DNA of 64,000 bases from Geopsychrobacteraceae bacterium (GTDB lineage Bacteria > Desulfobacterota > Desulfuromonadia > Desulfuromonadales > Geopsychrobacteraceae): the NCBI GenBank assembly GCA_963662315.1, contig OY759353.1, positions 1,920,001 to 1,984,000 of the forward strand, read 5' to 3'. Positions 51,901 to 61,889 of this stretch are shown here, piece by piece (within the stretch, counting starts at the first letter, position 1; every line of letters begins with the position of its first letter). Under the pieces are notes generated by a model. That model had not been told where the DNA came from and made no database searches. It worked only from the letters and a program-made list of their open reading frames with translations. A program made the translations under genes and the position numbers.

Positions 51901-52047
51901 CGGCCGTTGGGGCTTGCTGTCGTTGGGGGGCTGATGGTTTCTCAACTATTAACCCTCTATATAACCCCCATTATTTATTACTATCTGGATAAGGTCCAAA
52001 CAGGTGTGAAGCGGATGTTTTCCCGCAAAGGAACAACCCAGTACTAG
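48943..52047 (+). CDS. RND efflux permease (MdtB/MdtC-like)
   Basis: FIRRPV, PGASPETMASAVATPLERQ, GFVVDDAIVMLENI, GIVKKNAIMMIDFA, RFRPIMMTT. Confidence 0.95.
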   Translation: MNISALFIRRPVMTSLVMLAIMIFGAFSYNLLAVNDLPNIDFPTIQVSARLPGASPETMASAVATPLERQLSTIAGIDALSSTNGEGSTIITIQFAMERDIDAAAQDVQAAVSQAARRLPKEMTSPPSVRKVNPAASSILYLALSSKSMALSDVFEYADTTIVPRISMVNGVAQVNVYGSQKFAVRIGLDPLKLASLNIGVNEVEKALGGWNVNLPTGGLEGKSQSYTIQVSGQLYNAEAFKQVVIAYRNQAPIRLQDVATVENSVENNRVAAWFYTKQSTDRAVILAIQRQPGTNTIAVVDRIRSLFPDLQRQLPGGVELQLMYDRSGSIRESVAEVKFTLILTVCLVIMVIFLFLRNLPATVIPSLALPLSVVGTFAAMYLLDFSINNITLMALTLSIGFVVDDAIVMLENIIRHMEHGTPSREAAFKGSREIGFTILSMTISLVAVFIPVLFMAGMLARMLHEFAVTISVAILISGFVSLTLTPMLCSRFLKPYSDKKHGFLYNLMERFFAGWLRLYELSLNRILRWRRTILILTILLTILTVWMFTRIPTGLFPPDDTGSLRASTEGTQGVSFEEMKRNQALLADIIIQDPDVEAFMSSVGAAGSRVGSNTGFLFIRLKERQNRKANADQIIQRLRPKLNGIPGIRIFLQNPPPIRLESKRSKAQYQFVMQSPDTADLYSRAAEFEDKLRDIPLLQDVNSDLEIKSPQLNLQIDRDRAAILGVSAEQIETTLYSAFGSRQISTIYTDTNQYQVIMELQPQYQTDSGSLELLYVRASSDELVPLTTLVHITSGLGPLSVNHEGQITAVTFSFDLRPGVPLSEAVTAIEDLARSLPASFTTGFQGAAQVYQASTKGLALLLILSIVVIYIVLGILYESYIHPLTILSGLPAAGFGALLTLMLFKTELNLYAFVGIIMLVGIVKKNAIMMIDFALEAQRKDGLAPLEAIYRGCLIRFRPIMMTTMAALAGTLPIAIGIGAGAESRRPLGLAVVGGLMVSQLLTLYITPIIYYYLDKVQTGVKRMFSRKGTTQY

Positions 52048-52229
52048 CTTTCCTCAGAAAGCGGTCCTGTTTCTCTTTAATGATGTCTCTCTGCGGGCTT
52101 GCCTGTGTGGCTTAAAACCCTTCGCCTCATTGCCACCCTAAATCCTGGATTATTGTGATTTCATGCTTTTTTGAGGGGGAAGCAATAGACGGTTGTTCAG
52201 AAACAGATGAATTGACTGGAAAAAGACAT

Positions 52230-52437
52230 AAAAAATGCCCCGGCAGGGAGAAAGGTCTGCCAGGGCCAATACGTGAGAGAGAGGTCACGTGTAAAACTGT
52301 TTAAGCTGTCTTTTGTAAAATCTTTAAAGCATTGACACACGGGTTAACCGCTCAGTCAAAGCTGGAATTGCTGGCACTGTTTTTACGGAGATTTTTGATC
52401 CTAAGAAGAGAAAGTCTCTTCCGTTCAAATATTGGTA
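52230..52437 (-). ncRNA. candidate ~200-nt sRNA
   Basis: TTGACA-17-TATAAG at 52444-52472; several hairpins with C/U-rich loops; terminator GCCCTGGCAG...CTGCCGGGGC-ATTTTTT. Confidence 0.45.
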
Positions 52438-52958
52438 AGACCACTTATAACCTATGACCACCTACATGTCAATATGAAAGCATGAAATGGTATAAAAAAC
52501 TTATTACGATAAAACCTAAGTTGATAGCCCCCCATTCTGTCTATGTCTCGGATCCAGCGGAGAATACGATCTCCTGTTACCAAATAATCCTTTTCACCCT
52601 CTACACGTTGTTAACTCACGGCATCTATATCAAAACGACACTAAATTTCAAGCACTTAACAACCCAACAAATGGCAATAAAGAACTTCGCTGCGCTATTC
52701 TCTGCAACAACCAGAGGTGAGGAAATAGGGTTTAGCGTTATAACGATTTTCTGACATGGGATAATCGGCAGGCGAAAATGAAGTAATTTTTTGAATAAAA
52801 AAGCCCAGGAAAGTGATAAATATGCCCTGCCAAGCAGGGCTCAAGAACCCTGTTTGGTTCTATTTCAGATCAACGCACAGGTATTGCCTTGGCACCAGAG
52901 ACAAAGAAAGAGTAAACAGCACGTGTAAAATTTTTATTCCGGAGAGTAAGCCCTTTGC

Positions 52959-55157
52959 TTAGTGAAGAGTAAAGTGGGGCCCCTCCTTACCTCGCCCGTT
53001 AAACAAAGTCTCCATCCGCTCAGCATCAACGGCTTCAGCATACAGGTAGCCCTGAACCTCCTCACACCCCAGATTCCGCAGGTATTGCAGCTGATGATGG
53101 TTTTCAACCCCTTCAGCTGTCAGTTTCAGATTCATCCCTTTTGCCAGCATGGCTATGCCGTCAGCAATGAAAGCCTGACTGTCACGGTCGTTGATTTCGC
53201 GGACAAATGAACGATCAATTTTCAGGGTATTGATGGGCAGATTCTGCAGGTAGGCAAAAGATGAGTTACCGCGTCCGAAATCATCAAGGGTTACAGCCAC
53301 ACCAAAAGCCCTTAACGCTCTTAATGTTTCTGCCACATTCTTCTGGTTCTGTTGCAGAGCGTGTTCAGAAATTTCAAGATCCAGAGTCGTTGGATCTATC
53401 TGATAACTCTGAACGGTCCGAATAAAGCGATCGATGAAATCATCCTCCTCAAACTGCACCGCCGACAGGTTCAACGAAACCCTGATAGCCGGTAATCCCC
53501 GCTGTTGCCAGCGCACTATTTCCTTGCAGACCGACTCCAGCACCCAGTACCCCAAAGGAACAATGAGCTTTGAGTCTTCTGCGGCTTGAAGAAATTTTTC
53601 CGGATACAACAAGCCATGTTCAGGATGTTGCCAACGTAACAGGGCCTCCATACCGATAATACGGTTATTCAAAGCATTCACCCGCGGTTGGAAGAAAACC
53701 TGAAACTGGCTCTCTTCCATGCCACGCCGCATATCTCGTTCAACCGAAATATAATCGGACCGATCAGGCATGGAACTGTCGTAAAAACAGTAACCATCCT
53801 TACCGTCCCGCTTGACGTGGTACATGGCGATATCCGCACTCTGCAACAGTGCTTCACGGGATTGACCTGCTTCCGGATACATGGAAATACCAATACTCAT
53901 GCTCAAGTACAGTTCATGGCCATCAATCTGAAACGGCCGCCGGACTTCCTGAAGAATTTTTTCCGCAACCGCAGCAACACCACTACGGCTGGTCATTCCC
54001 GGCAGCAGCAGAAAAAATTCATCGCCACCAAAACGACTCAGAGTATCTTCAGCCCGCAGACAATTGCTGATGCGTTCGGAAATCTGCTGCAGCACGACAT
54101 CTCCAGCGACATGTCCCAACGTGTCGTTAATCAGTTTGAAACGGTCAAGGTCAATAAACAGCAAGGCAAAATGAATACCACTACGCCGGGCATGAGCAAA
54201 AGCCTGCTGCATCCGGTCATCAAACAAAATCCGGTTGGGCAGCCGGGTCAAAACGTCGTGATATGCCTGGAAGCTGATACGCGCCTCATTCTTTTTACGC
54301 TCAGAGATATCACGAGCGCATCCCAGGGTTCCACTGAACTGCTTATTGCCATGACCGTTGCTTTTATAAATCCCTACAGCATTCAGCTCAACAATCAATT
54401 CATGATTGGCGAGACACGCAACCTGATCATTGTCAGGATTGACCTGAAGACGCATCTCTATTTTTTGAGCGGCACGGATTCCGGTACGCTGCTCACTGAA
54501 ATAATTATGAACGTCTGCAGCATTATTTGGATGAATGATCTTTGAGAAATGCTGCCCCAACAGCTCATGGCGCTTATACCCGAGCAGGGATTCTGCCTGA
54601 TCATTAAGAAAAGAAAAATTCCCATGCGCATCGAGCATGTAAATGAAATCGGGAGAGTTATTGACGATAAAACGATGAATCCGTTCCGAATCAGAAAGGG
54701 ATCGTTCAGCGACCTTCTCCAGACGCTTTTTCTGGTAGCGTTCCACTCCGCACCGCACTGCGGCCAGGAACTCTTCAGGGTCATAGGGTTTACGGATGAA
54801 GTCATTGGCCCCGAGGCGCAATCCCTTCTGGGTATAGTTAAAACCGGCATAAGCACTGACGATAATGATATCTGTCTCAGGGGCCAGATCGCGAATATGT
54901 CCGAGCAGATCAAAACCGTGCATTCCTGGCATTTTGAGGTCAAGCAGCACGACCTGAAAATGCTCCTCGCGGAGCTTGACCAGGGCATCATCGCCGCCGG
55001 TTGCCAACTCCACCCGGTAACCGTTGATATGCAGTAATGCCTGCACACTACGTAGCATATCAAGCTGGTCATCGACAATCAGGATATCTATTTGTCCTTC
55101 TGATTGAGGTAATGTGTATGCGTTAGAATGACCTGCCACTCGCGTTCCCCCTGTCAA
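52959..55157 (-). CDS. REC-PAS-GGDEF-EAL c-di-GMP enzyme
   Basis: ILIVDD/LLDLKMP receiver, PAS, RAED I-site plus GGDEF, EALLRW, DDFG, LKIDRSF, AEGVE. Confidence 0.93.
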   Translation of the reverse strand: MTGGTRVAGHSNAYTLPQSEGQIDILIVDDQLDMLRSVQALLHINGYRVELATGGDDALVKLREEHFQVVLLDLKMPGMHGFDLLGHIRDLAPETDIIIVSAYAGFNYTQKGLRLGANDFIRKPYDPEEFLAAVRCGVERYQKKRLEKVAERSLSDSERIHRFIVNNSPDFIYMLDAHGNFSFLNDQAESLLGYKRHELLGQHFSKIIHPNNAADVHNYFSEQRTGIRAAQKIEMRLQVNPDNDQVACLANHELIVELNAVGIYKSNGHGNKQFSGTLGCARDISERKKNEARISFQAYHDVLTRLPNRILFDDRMQQAFAHARRSGIHFALLFIDLDRFKLINDTLGHVAGDVVLQQISERISNCLRAEDTLSRFGGDEFFLLLPGMTSRSGVAAVAEKILQEVRRPFQIDGHELYLSMSIGISMYPEAGQSREALLQSADIAMYHVKRDGKDGYCFYDSSMPDRSDYISVERDMRRGMEESQFQVFFQPRVNALNNRIIGMEALLRWQHPEHGLLYPEKFLQAAEDSKLIVPLGYWVLESVCKEIVRWQQRGLPAIRVSLNLSAVQFEEDDFIDRFIRTVQSYQIDPTTLDLEISEHALQQNQKNVAETLRALRAFGVAVTLDDFGRGNSSFAYLQNLPINTLKIDRSFVREINDRDSQAFIADGIAMLAKGMNLKLTAEGVENHHQLQYLRNLGCEEVQGYLYAEAVDAERMETLFNGRGKEGPHFTLH

Positions 55158-57220
55158 TTATCGGATTCGAATCTGCGGTAAGGAATTTGAATGGTGAAAC
55201 AGGTTCCGTGCACGGCGCTGCTGTGGCAGCTCAACTGACCATTCAACTCTGAAACCATCGCATTCACCTGGTATAAACCAACCCCCGCATGCCCTGCTCC
55301 CTTGGGACTGAAAACAGGTTTAAATAGATTTTTCTGGACGTGAATCGACAGTCCAGGTCCATTGTCCTGGATAACCAGTTCTACCTGCCATTGGCGTGAA
55401 GCAACGAAAACCAGGCGTGTTGATATTTTGATCACACCTGCTTCCTCAAAGGATTCAAGAGCATTATTCAGCAGATGCATGACAATCCGTCGCATCAGTG
55501 CCGAGTTACACTGAAAACGCTCAAGCCCCTCCTGCAGGGCCAAATCAAAATCAACTTTAAGCCTGCCGGCACAGGTACCACGCAGCGAATCCGATATTTC
55601 ACGAACCAGCTGATTCAGGTCGACACCCTGATCAAAGAGCTCATGGTCTTCATGGCGACTCAGATAATCCTGAAAAATAGCATCGATTCGCCTGACCTCT
55701 CCTTTAATGGCGGTCGCAAGGGAGAGCTGTTCCTGTCGATGTTCCGTTTGGGTGAGAACTTCGACATAATTATTGATGATAGTCAACGGATTCTTTACCT
55801 CCTGACCAACCTGGTAAAGAAAGCCACCGCCATCATTGCCCCCATTAAAAACATTTTCAGACTCTGCCAGTAGAGCACTTCCGACAATCTGAATAAGTCC
55901 CTGCAGGTATTGAGACTTACAGTCGGGCAGATCACGTTCACCGGCCAGTTTTAATACCACGACACCGGGGATTTGCCCTGCCACCCCCAGGGGGCAACAG
56001 ATGAATCCTTTCCCGTCACCAAGGCGCAACAATAAATTGTCGGTAACCGTCAAGCTTTGTCTTCCGGAAAAAGAGAAAAAGCAGCGTTTTTCGAGATAGC
56101 TATCTGAAACAAGAGAATACCCACTGCGCAGTGGAATTTCAAGTTCCCTGGCCAAGCGAAGCTCCCCTCCGCTCAGCATTCCTGTCAACACATGACTTTT
56201 CTCATCAAGAAGGAAGAAGAACGCTTCTCGGGCCGGGCTTTGTTCAAGCAAAAGCTGTCTGCTGATCTGCAACAAATCATCACGTCCGGCCGCCCTGGAC
56301 AACCTGCCCCGCGCAGCTTCCTGTCCGGCCAATAAAAAGGTCAACTCCTGCAAGCGACCGATGGAATTATTGAACTCGCCACGGACTTTATCTGGTTGAT
56401 CAAGCCAGGCAAACGCAGGAGGAAATAGATCACGCCCCCAGTGAAACAGATATTGGCTTTCACTGGGCTTAAGTCCCAGCAACTGTTCAGCCAGCAACTG
56501 ACTTGCGTTACTCAGCTGGTCTGGGGTAAGACAAAACTGCTGCGTCAGCCGGCCAATTTTCAGCAGCACATGACTATCGGCAATCTGATTGATATCTGCA
56601 TGCAAAAAGCGCACTGCATCCGCCAGGAAGGAGTCAAGATGCCAGTTGCTGATCAGTTGGTCAGCGACTGATAAATGATCCATCCCAAAATGTTCAAGCT
56701 CAATGGCAGCCTGCTCAGGAGAGCTTGAAACACCCAAATCTTTGGCCAGATAGTCTTTTCCGAAGGCATGGAAGAGCAGATGAATACCAAGATTAAGCAG
56801 AAGGCCGCACAGTTGCGCTTCTTCAATTCGGGAAAAGTTCACCGAGGGGGCTAGACAACGGGAAAAAATGCCACCGATCTGGGACATGAGCCAGAGACGA
56901 TACTGGAAGACAAGTTCTGTGTCTGAAAACTTTTTCTGACACAATCGTTGTGCCGCGTGCAAAACCAAACTGGTTAAAATCGAGGGGTCCAGGGACTGAA
57001 TGGCTGAAGACACAGGTTCGTCGGCGTTGAGGGCAATATTAAGCTTTTCTGCCGCAGACAGCAGCAGTACAGCCAAAGGAGCATCCTGCAAAACAATGTC
57101 AGCCAGTACCTGGGAATTTTGTTGTTTCAGGCATGCATCGATCAGATCTGCCAGTACCCCCGGTTGACAGAGCAGCATGTTGAGATCGGAACCAGCAAAA
57201 TGTGTTGTGGCGACACTCAT
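55154..57220 (-). CDS. HDOD-GAF-HisKA-like-HATPase sensor protein lacking the phosphoacceptor His
   Basis: HDOD-like N-terminus (CGLLLNLG, DHLSVA..LISNW), H-box QEVKNPLTII, LLNNALES, DNGPG, FKP, GHAGVGL. Confidence 0.85.
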   Translation of the reverse strand: MSVATTHFAGSDLNMLLCQPGVLADLIDACLKQQNSQVLADIVLQDAPLAVLLLSAAEKLNIALNADEPVSSAIQSLDPSILTSLVLHAAQRLCQKKFSDTELVFQYRLWLMSQIGGIFSRCLAPSVNFSRIEEAQLCGLLLNLGIHLLFHAFGKDYLAKDLGVSSSPEQAAIELEHFGMDHLSVADQLISNWHLDSFLADAVRFLHADINQIADSHVLLKIGRLTQQFCLTPDQLSNASQLLAEQLLGLKPSESQYLFHWGRDLFPPAFAWLDQPDKVRGEFNNSIGRLQELTFLLAGQEAARGRLSRAAGRDDLLQISRQLLLEQSPAREAFFFLLDEKSHVLTGMLSGGELRLARELEIPLRSGYSLVSDSYLEKRCFFSFSGRQSLTVTDNLLLRLGDGKGFICCPLGVAGQIPGVVVLKLAGERDLPDCKSQYLQGLIQIVGSALLAESENVFNGGNDGGGFLYQVGQEVKNPLTIINNYVEVLTQTEHRQEQLSLATAIKGEVRRIDAIFQDYLSRHEDHELFDQGVDLNQLVREISDSLRGTCAGRLKVDFDLALQEGLERFQCNSALMRRIVMHLLNNALESFEEAGVIKISTRLVFVASRQWQVELVIQDNGPGLSIHVQKNLFKPVFSPKGAGHAGVGLYQVNAMVSELNGQLSCHSSAVHGTCFTIQIPYRRFESDN

Positions 57221-57631
57221 AACAACCAGACTCCATCATTAGCAGAAGCTAAACGATGATTTTAGAAGAATATTAAATCGGAAAGATCAAGTATATGCCA
57301 AAAAAACCTCAAGAAAAACAACTAAGTTCAAAAAAAATATAAATTTCAACCGGTTAGGCTTTAAAAGCAGACGCAGACAATTCATTAAGATCAAGCAATC
57401 ACTCAAAAGAGAATCGATAAATAAACGCGACCGTATAGCGATAACCTCTTGATATCCCAAAACAATCAACTTTACAAGACACCAGTCAACCTTGGTTGAT
57501 ACTCACGAGAGTTAAGTCGTATCAATTAATCCAAAGCCCTATCCCCATGTATTTATTGAGGCCACAAAGCACTGTCTTTAATATAATGATGCAGGAGATT
57601 CTATGCCAAGAGAAGAAAGTAACCTGAATCC

Positions 57632-58912
57632 TCAGTACAAATTCAGCATATCTTCAATAACAGAGCGATCCTTAGCACTCCATGGGCCAACAATCACCAG
57701 ATGCAGCAGATCGCGCCGGAAAATATCCCGAGCCATGGTTCTCAACTTTTCGGGTGTAAATTGACGAACCAGCTCCTCATCCTGACTGGTGGTACGCAGG
57801 TAGTCAGCCTGCAGCCCCCAACCATAGCGCACTGCCTGAGCGTCGGTCTGATCCTGGGAGAACTCCAGATCAAACAGGTAATTGCAGACGGCTCCGTCAA
57901 GTTCCTCCTGCGTAATCAGCTCTTCGCGCAGCACAGTCAGAACCCCAAGAACCTCTTTAACCGCAAGGACCAGATTGACCGGAGCAACAGACAGGTCGAT
58001 AGCCACATATCCCGTATCTTTCATCAACGAACAATGGGCGTCAACCGCATAGGTTAAGCCTAACTCTTCGCGTAAGCGCAGGGACAGCCGGGCCCCGCCG
58101 CCCCATGCCAGCAGTCGGCATAAAAAACGCGCACTAAGACTGCGTTCATCGTCACGCCCGGGCAGGCGAAAGGCCAGCTGAATAGAGACCTGCGAATCAG
58201 AGTCCTGGACCCAGCAACAGCGTGGCCCGGAAGGCAGGTCGACAGCAGGAAAAGCATTGTTCTGCGCAGGAGGCAGTACCCAATCGCCAAATTCTTCAGT
58301 CACTGACGTCAGGGCCTCACTGCGTTCAAGGGGGCCACAGACACAGATGACCAGATTATCGGGCCGATACCACTGCCGATAGTAATCCTGTAAGGTCTCA
58401 AGGTCGATCCGCTCCAGGGTTTCCGGTGATCCGATCAGTGTTTTCCCCAGGGGGTGACCGGGCCACAGCAGTTCGGCCATGAGATTATCAGAATTTATCT
58501 GCACCCCTTCTTCATTATAATCTTCGCGGGCCTCTTCAAGAATAATCCGGCGTTCAACATCAATATCTTTAAACAGTGGACGCCTCAGCATGGACGCAAA
58601 CAGAGTGACACCCGCGCTGAGTCGGGTTGGGTGGATACGAGAATGAAAACAGGTTGTTTCAGCATCTGTTGACGCATTGACCGCGCCACCAATAGACTCA
58701 AAGGCCTGTTCAAGAAGAATACTGGTCGGATATTCAGCGGTACCACGAAAAATCATATGCTCAAGAAAGTGTGAAATACCGGCCAGAGGCTCTTCTTCAC
58801 ACTGTCCTCCGACGGCCACATAACAGACAATCTCCGCCGCATGCAGATGCGGCATAGGGACCGTCACCAGACGTAACCCATTGGCCAATGTATCAACAAA
58901 ATATTCAGACAT
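57632..58912 (-). CDS. M16 family Zn peptidase
   Basis: LANGLRLV, GISHFLEHMIFRGT (HxxEH), NAST, RLSLRLREELGLTY. Confidence 0.93.
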   Translation of the reverse strand: MSEYFVDTLANGLRLVTVPMPHLHAAEIVCYVAVGGQCEEEPLAGISHFLEHMIFRGTAEYPTSILLEQAFESIGGAVNASTDAETTCFHSRIHPTRLSAGVTLFASMLRRPLFKDIDVERRIILEEAREDYNEEGVQINSDNLMAELLWPGHPLGKTLIGSPETLERIDLETLQDYYRQWYRPDNLVICVCGPLERSEALTSVTEEFGDWVLPPAQNNAFPAVDLPSGPRCCWVQDSDSQVSIQLAFRLPGRDDERSLSARFLCRLLAWGGGARLSLRLREELGLTYAVDAHCSLMKDTGYVAIDLSVAPVNLVLAVKEVLGVLTVLREELITQEELDGAVCNYLFDLEFSQDQTDAQAVRYGWGLQADYLRTTSQDEELVRQFTPEKLRTMARDIFRRDLLHLVIVGPWSAKDRSVIEDMLNLY

Positions 58913-58979
58913 ATACGTGTTTCAATCTACTTTCCCGATCATAAAGAGGGAACGAAAGCCCTGTTTGAAAAATACGAAA

Positions 58980-59010
58980 CGGGCAGACGTCTTTGCACGA
59001 CGTCCACCCG
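58980..59010 (-). terminator. probable terminator after hemB
   Basis: CGGGTGGACGTC-GTGCAAA-GACGTCTGCCCG followed by TTTCGTATTTTT. Confidence 0.55.
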
Positions 59011-59040
59011 TATCTGCTTACCAGTGACTCAGATAGAAAT

Positions 59041-60018
59041 TTATTTTTTCTGCAGGATTCTGGCAACTTCTTTGGCATGATAGGTCATAATCAGATCAGC
59101 TCCGGCCCGTTTGATACTGAGCAGGATTTCCATCATAACACGCTCACCTTCAATCCAGTCTTTTTCAGCAGCAGCTTTGACCATACTGTATTCACCGGAA
59201 ACATTGTAAGCAACGAGAGGCAGATCAAAATTATCACGCAGATCACGTAAGATATCGAGATACGACAACGCTGGCTTGACCATCAGGAAATCTGCTGACT
59301 CAGCCACATCCAGCTGGGCTTCGCGCATAGCCTCGAGGCGATTGGCCGGATCCATCTGGTAACTGCGTCGGTCACCAAACTGCGGTGTACTTTCAGCAGC
59401 TTCACGAAAAGGCCCATAAAAGCCACTGGCAAATTTGACCGCGTAACTCATTATCGGAATATCCGTATAGCCATGTTCGTCAAGAATATCGCGAATCGCG
59501 GCAACGCGCCCATCCATCATATCTGAAGGTGCAACGATATCGGCTCCAGCCTGGACATGCGACAGAGCTTCCTTGGCCAGCAGCTCAAGGGTGGCGTCAT
59601 TATCGACGTCGCCATTTTTAATGATCCCACAGTGCCCGTGATCCGTATATTCACACATGCAAACATCAGTGATGACAATCAGCTCCGGGACTTCCTGCTT
59701 GATAGCCCGGATGGTGTTCTGAATAATTCCGCTATCGGAATACGCATCACTGCCAACAGCGTCCTTGGTTTCAGGGATTCCGAACAGAATTACCGCAGGA
59801 ATACCAAGTTCGTAAACTTCTCTGGCTTCAATGACGATGTTGTCGATAGATTGCTGGTAAATCCCAGGCATCGAGCTGATTTCCTGTTTAATATTTTCAC
59901 CAAACGCACTGAACATCGGGTAAATAAGATCATCTATACGCAGGTGAGTTTCCCGCACCATACGCCGGAGGTTTTCATTACGCCGCAGCCGACGGGGACG
60001 ATAGTTTGGAAATTGCAT
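59041..60018 (-). CDS. hemB: porphobilinogen synthase
   Basis: [56 protein letters not shown]. Confidence 0.98.
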   Translation of the reverse strand: MQFPNYRPRRLRRNENLRRMVRETHLRIDDLIYPMFSAFGENIKQEISSMPGIYQQSIDNIVIEAREVYELGIPAVILFGIPETKDAVGSDAYSDSGIIQNTIRAIKQEVPELIVITDVCMCEYTDHGHCGIIKNGDVDNDATLELLAKEALSHVQAGADIVAPSDMMDGRVAAIRDILDEHGYTDIPIMSYAVKFASGFYGPFREAAESTPQFGDRRSYQMDPANRLEAMREAQLDVAESADFLMVKPALSYLDILRDLRDNFDLPLVAYNVSGEYSMVKAAAEKDWIEGERVMMEILLSIKRAGADLIMTYHAKEVARILQKK

Positions 60019-60052
60019 AATAACTCCTTGGCTTAGCAGCCAGAATTCGTTG

Positions 60053-60835
60053 TCATGAAGGATTGTAATAAGCGATCATGGACTCGACTAAAGCATCAAG
60101 AGTCCATGCTGCCGGTTCGAGATCGACCGTATAACCGTGCTCACGAATTGTTTTTGAAGTTTGTGGCCCGATAGAAAACAGGCGGGTCTCACCCAGCAGT
60201 TCACGCAGCTCATTCCCCAGCATGGCAACCAGGTTGTCAAAAGTTGACGATGAGGAAAAACACATGGCGTCAAGTTCTCCGGCACTCAGCAAGCGACAGA
60301 TTTCTGCCCTGCTCTCAACTGGAGCCACCGTCCGGTAAGCGACAGGATCGGCGACATCTGCGCCTGCCTCACGCAGGTGATCCACCAGATAGGAGCGGGC
60401 CAGTTCGGCGCGAGGATAAAGAATTTTTTTGCCAGCAACGCCACGCTTAAGCAGTTCGGCGACAATCCCTTCAGCGCAATGATCTTCCGGCACAATACTC
60501 GCAGTTACGGCAAACTCTTTTAAGGCCTGTGCTGTTTTGGGACCGACAGCGACGACATCAATATTACGCAGCAGACCGATATACTGTTCATTTTCAAATA
60601 AGCGCTCAAAAAAGGCCGCTACACCATTCGCCGAAGTAAGGATCAGAATATCAACGCTATCCAGCTCGCGCACTTCATAATCAAGAGGGCCCCAGTCGAG
60701 CGGCGGAACAATATCGATCGTCGGCACACACACGGCCTGAGCCCCTTGCGCTTCAAGTAAAGTGGCAAAGGCTCCAGCCTGTTCCCTGGTACGGGTCACC
60801 AGAAACCGTTTGCCAGATAAAGGCAAGCTCGTCAT
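60053..60835 (-). CDS. hemD: uroporphyrinogen-III synthase
   Basis: [38 protein letters not shown]. Confidence 0.93.
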   Translation of the reverse strand: MTSLPLSGKRFLVTRTREQAGAFATLLEAQGAQAVCVPTIDIVPPLDWGPLDYEVRELDSVDILILTSANGVAAFFERLFENEQYIGLLRNIDVVAVGPKTAQALKEFAVTASIVPEDHCAEGIVAELLKRGVAGKKILYPRAELARSYLVDHLREAGADVADPVAYRTVAPVESRAEICRLLSAGELDAMCFSSSSTFDNLVAMLGNELRELLGETRLFSIGPQTSKTIREHGYTVDLEPAAWTLDALVESMIAYYNPS

Positions 60836-60841
60836 AGCCCG

Positions 60842-61798
60842 TCAATCCTGACTATTATTAAACGTCTCACAACCGTAAACCTCGTTCAGAATAGCGCCAG
60901 CCCCCATCTCGAGCAGGTCTTTGGCAAGGGCAACGCCGCAGGCAACCGCATTTTCCACATGGGATGAGACCGTTTTCTTCAGCATGTTCTGCCCTGCGAC
61001 ATCAGAAACCAGCGCGGTTAACTCCAGTTGATCACCCTCAACTGTACCGAATGCGGCAATCGGAACCTGGCATCCGCCTTCAAGGGTCGCCAACACGGCT
61101 CGCTCAGCCCTGACCGCATAAGCTGTCGGAGCATGATTGAAAAAGTCGATCAAAGCATTGGTCTCAGCATCATCGACCCGGCTTTCCAGCCCCAGAGCCC
61201 CCTGGCCGATAGCAGGCAGGCAGATTTTCGGATCAAAGTACTCACCAATCTGATCAGCAAAACCAAGCCGGTGCATCCCGGCCGCAGCCAAAACAACAGC
61301 ATCAAGATTATCCTGAGTCAGTTTGTCGATACGCGTCTGCACATTACCGCGGATATCAACCATTTTCAGATCCGGGCGCAGGTTCAGCAACTGGGCTTTG
61401 CGCCGTAACGAGGAGGTGCCGATGCGCCCCCCCAGAGGAATATCTGTAAAGCTTTGGTAGGCATCTTTCAGGACAACGATATCACGGGGGTCTTCACGCT
61501 CAGTGATACAGCGCAGATCGGTGCCATCTGGAAACACGGTCGGCACATCTTTCATGGAATGTACGGCGATATCGACCTCGTTACGCAGCATCGCTTCCTG
61601 GATTTCCTTAACGAAAAGCCCCTTGCCACCAACCATAGCCAGTGGAACATCGAGAATCTTGTCCCCTTGAGTTTTGATCTTCGTCAGGGTGACTTCGAGA
61701 TCCGGATAGCGTTCCTCAAGCCGGTCTTTGATCCAATTGGCCTGCCACAGTGCCAGTGCGCTGGCACGGGTACCAATGCGCAAAATACGTTTACCCAT
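60842..61798 (-). CDS. hemC: hydroxymethylbilane synthase
   Basis: IGTRASALALWQA, GGKGLFVKE, VHSMKDVP, GTSSLRR, RGNVQTR, LEGGCQVP. Confidence 0.98.
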   Translation of the reverse strand: MGKRILRIGTRASALALWQANWIKDRLEERYPDLEVTLTKIKTQGDKILDVPLAMVGGKGLFVKEIQEAMLRNEVDIAVHSMKDVPTVFPDGTDLRCITEREDPRDIVVLKDAYQSFTDIPLGGRIGTSSLRRKAQLLNLRPDLKMVDIRGNVQTRIDKLTQDNLDAVVLAAAGMHRLGFADQIGEYFDPKICLPAIGQGALGLESRVDDAETNALIDFFNHAPTAYAVRAERAVLATLEGGCQVPIAAFGTVEGDQLELTALVSDVAGQNMLKKTVSSHVENAVACGVALAKDLLEMGAGAILNEVYGCETFNNSQD

Positions 61799-61889
61799 TC
61801 AAAAGCTCCTCGTAATGATTTATAAAAACAGGCAACTTCGACTCCCAAGCCGGTTGCATTAATAAATACCGGTCGCATCACGACCGCAA

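Noticed and set aside
52482..52754. 90-aa plus-strand ORF
   Set aside because: Atypical composition, no convincing RBS or motif; probably spurious
52286..52930. CACGTGTAAAA occurring twice in the long intergenic region
   Set aside because: Only two copies about 630 bp apart; cannot be distinguished from chance without comparative data
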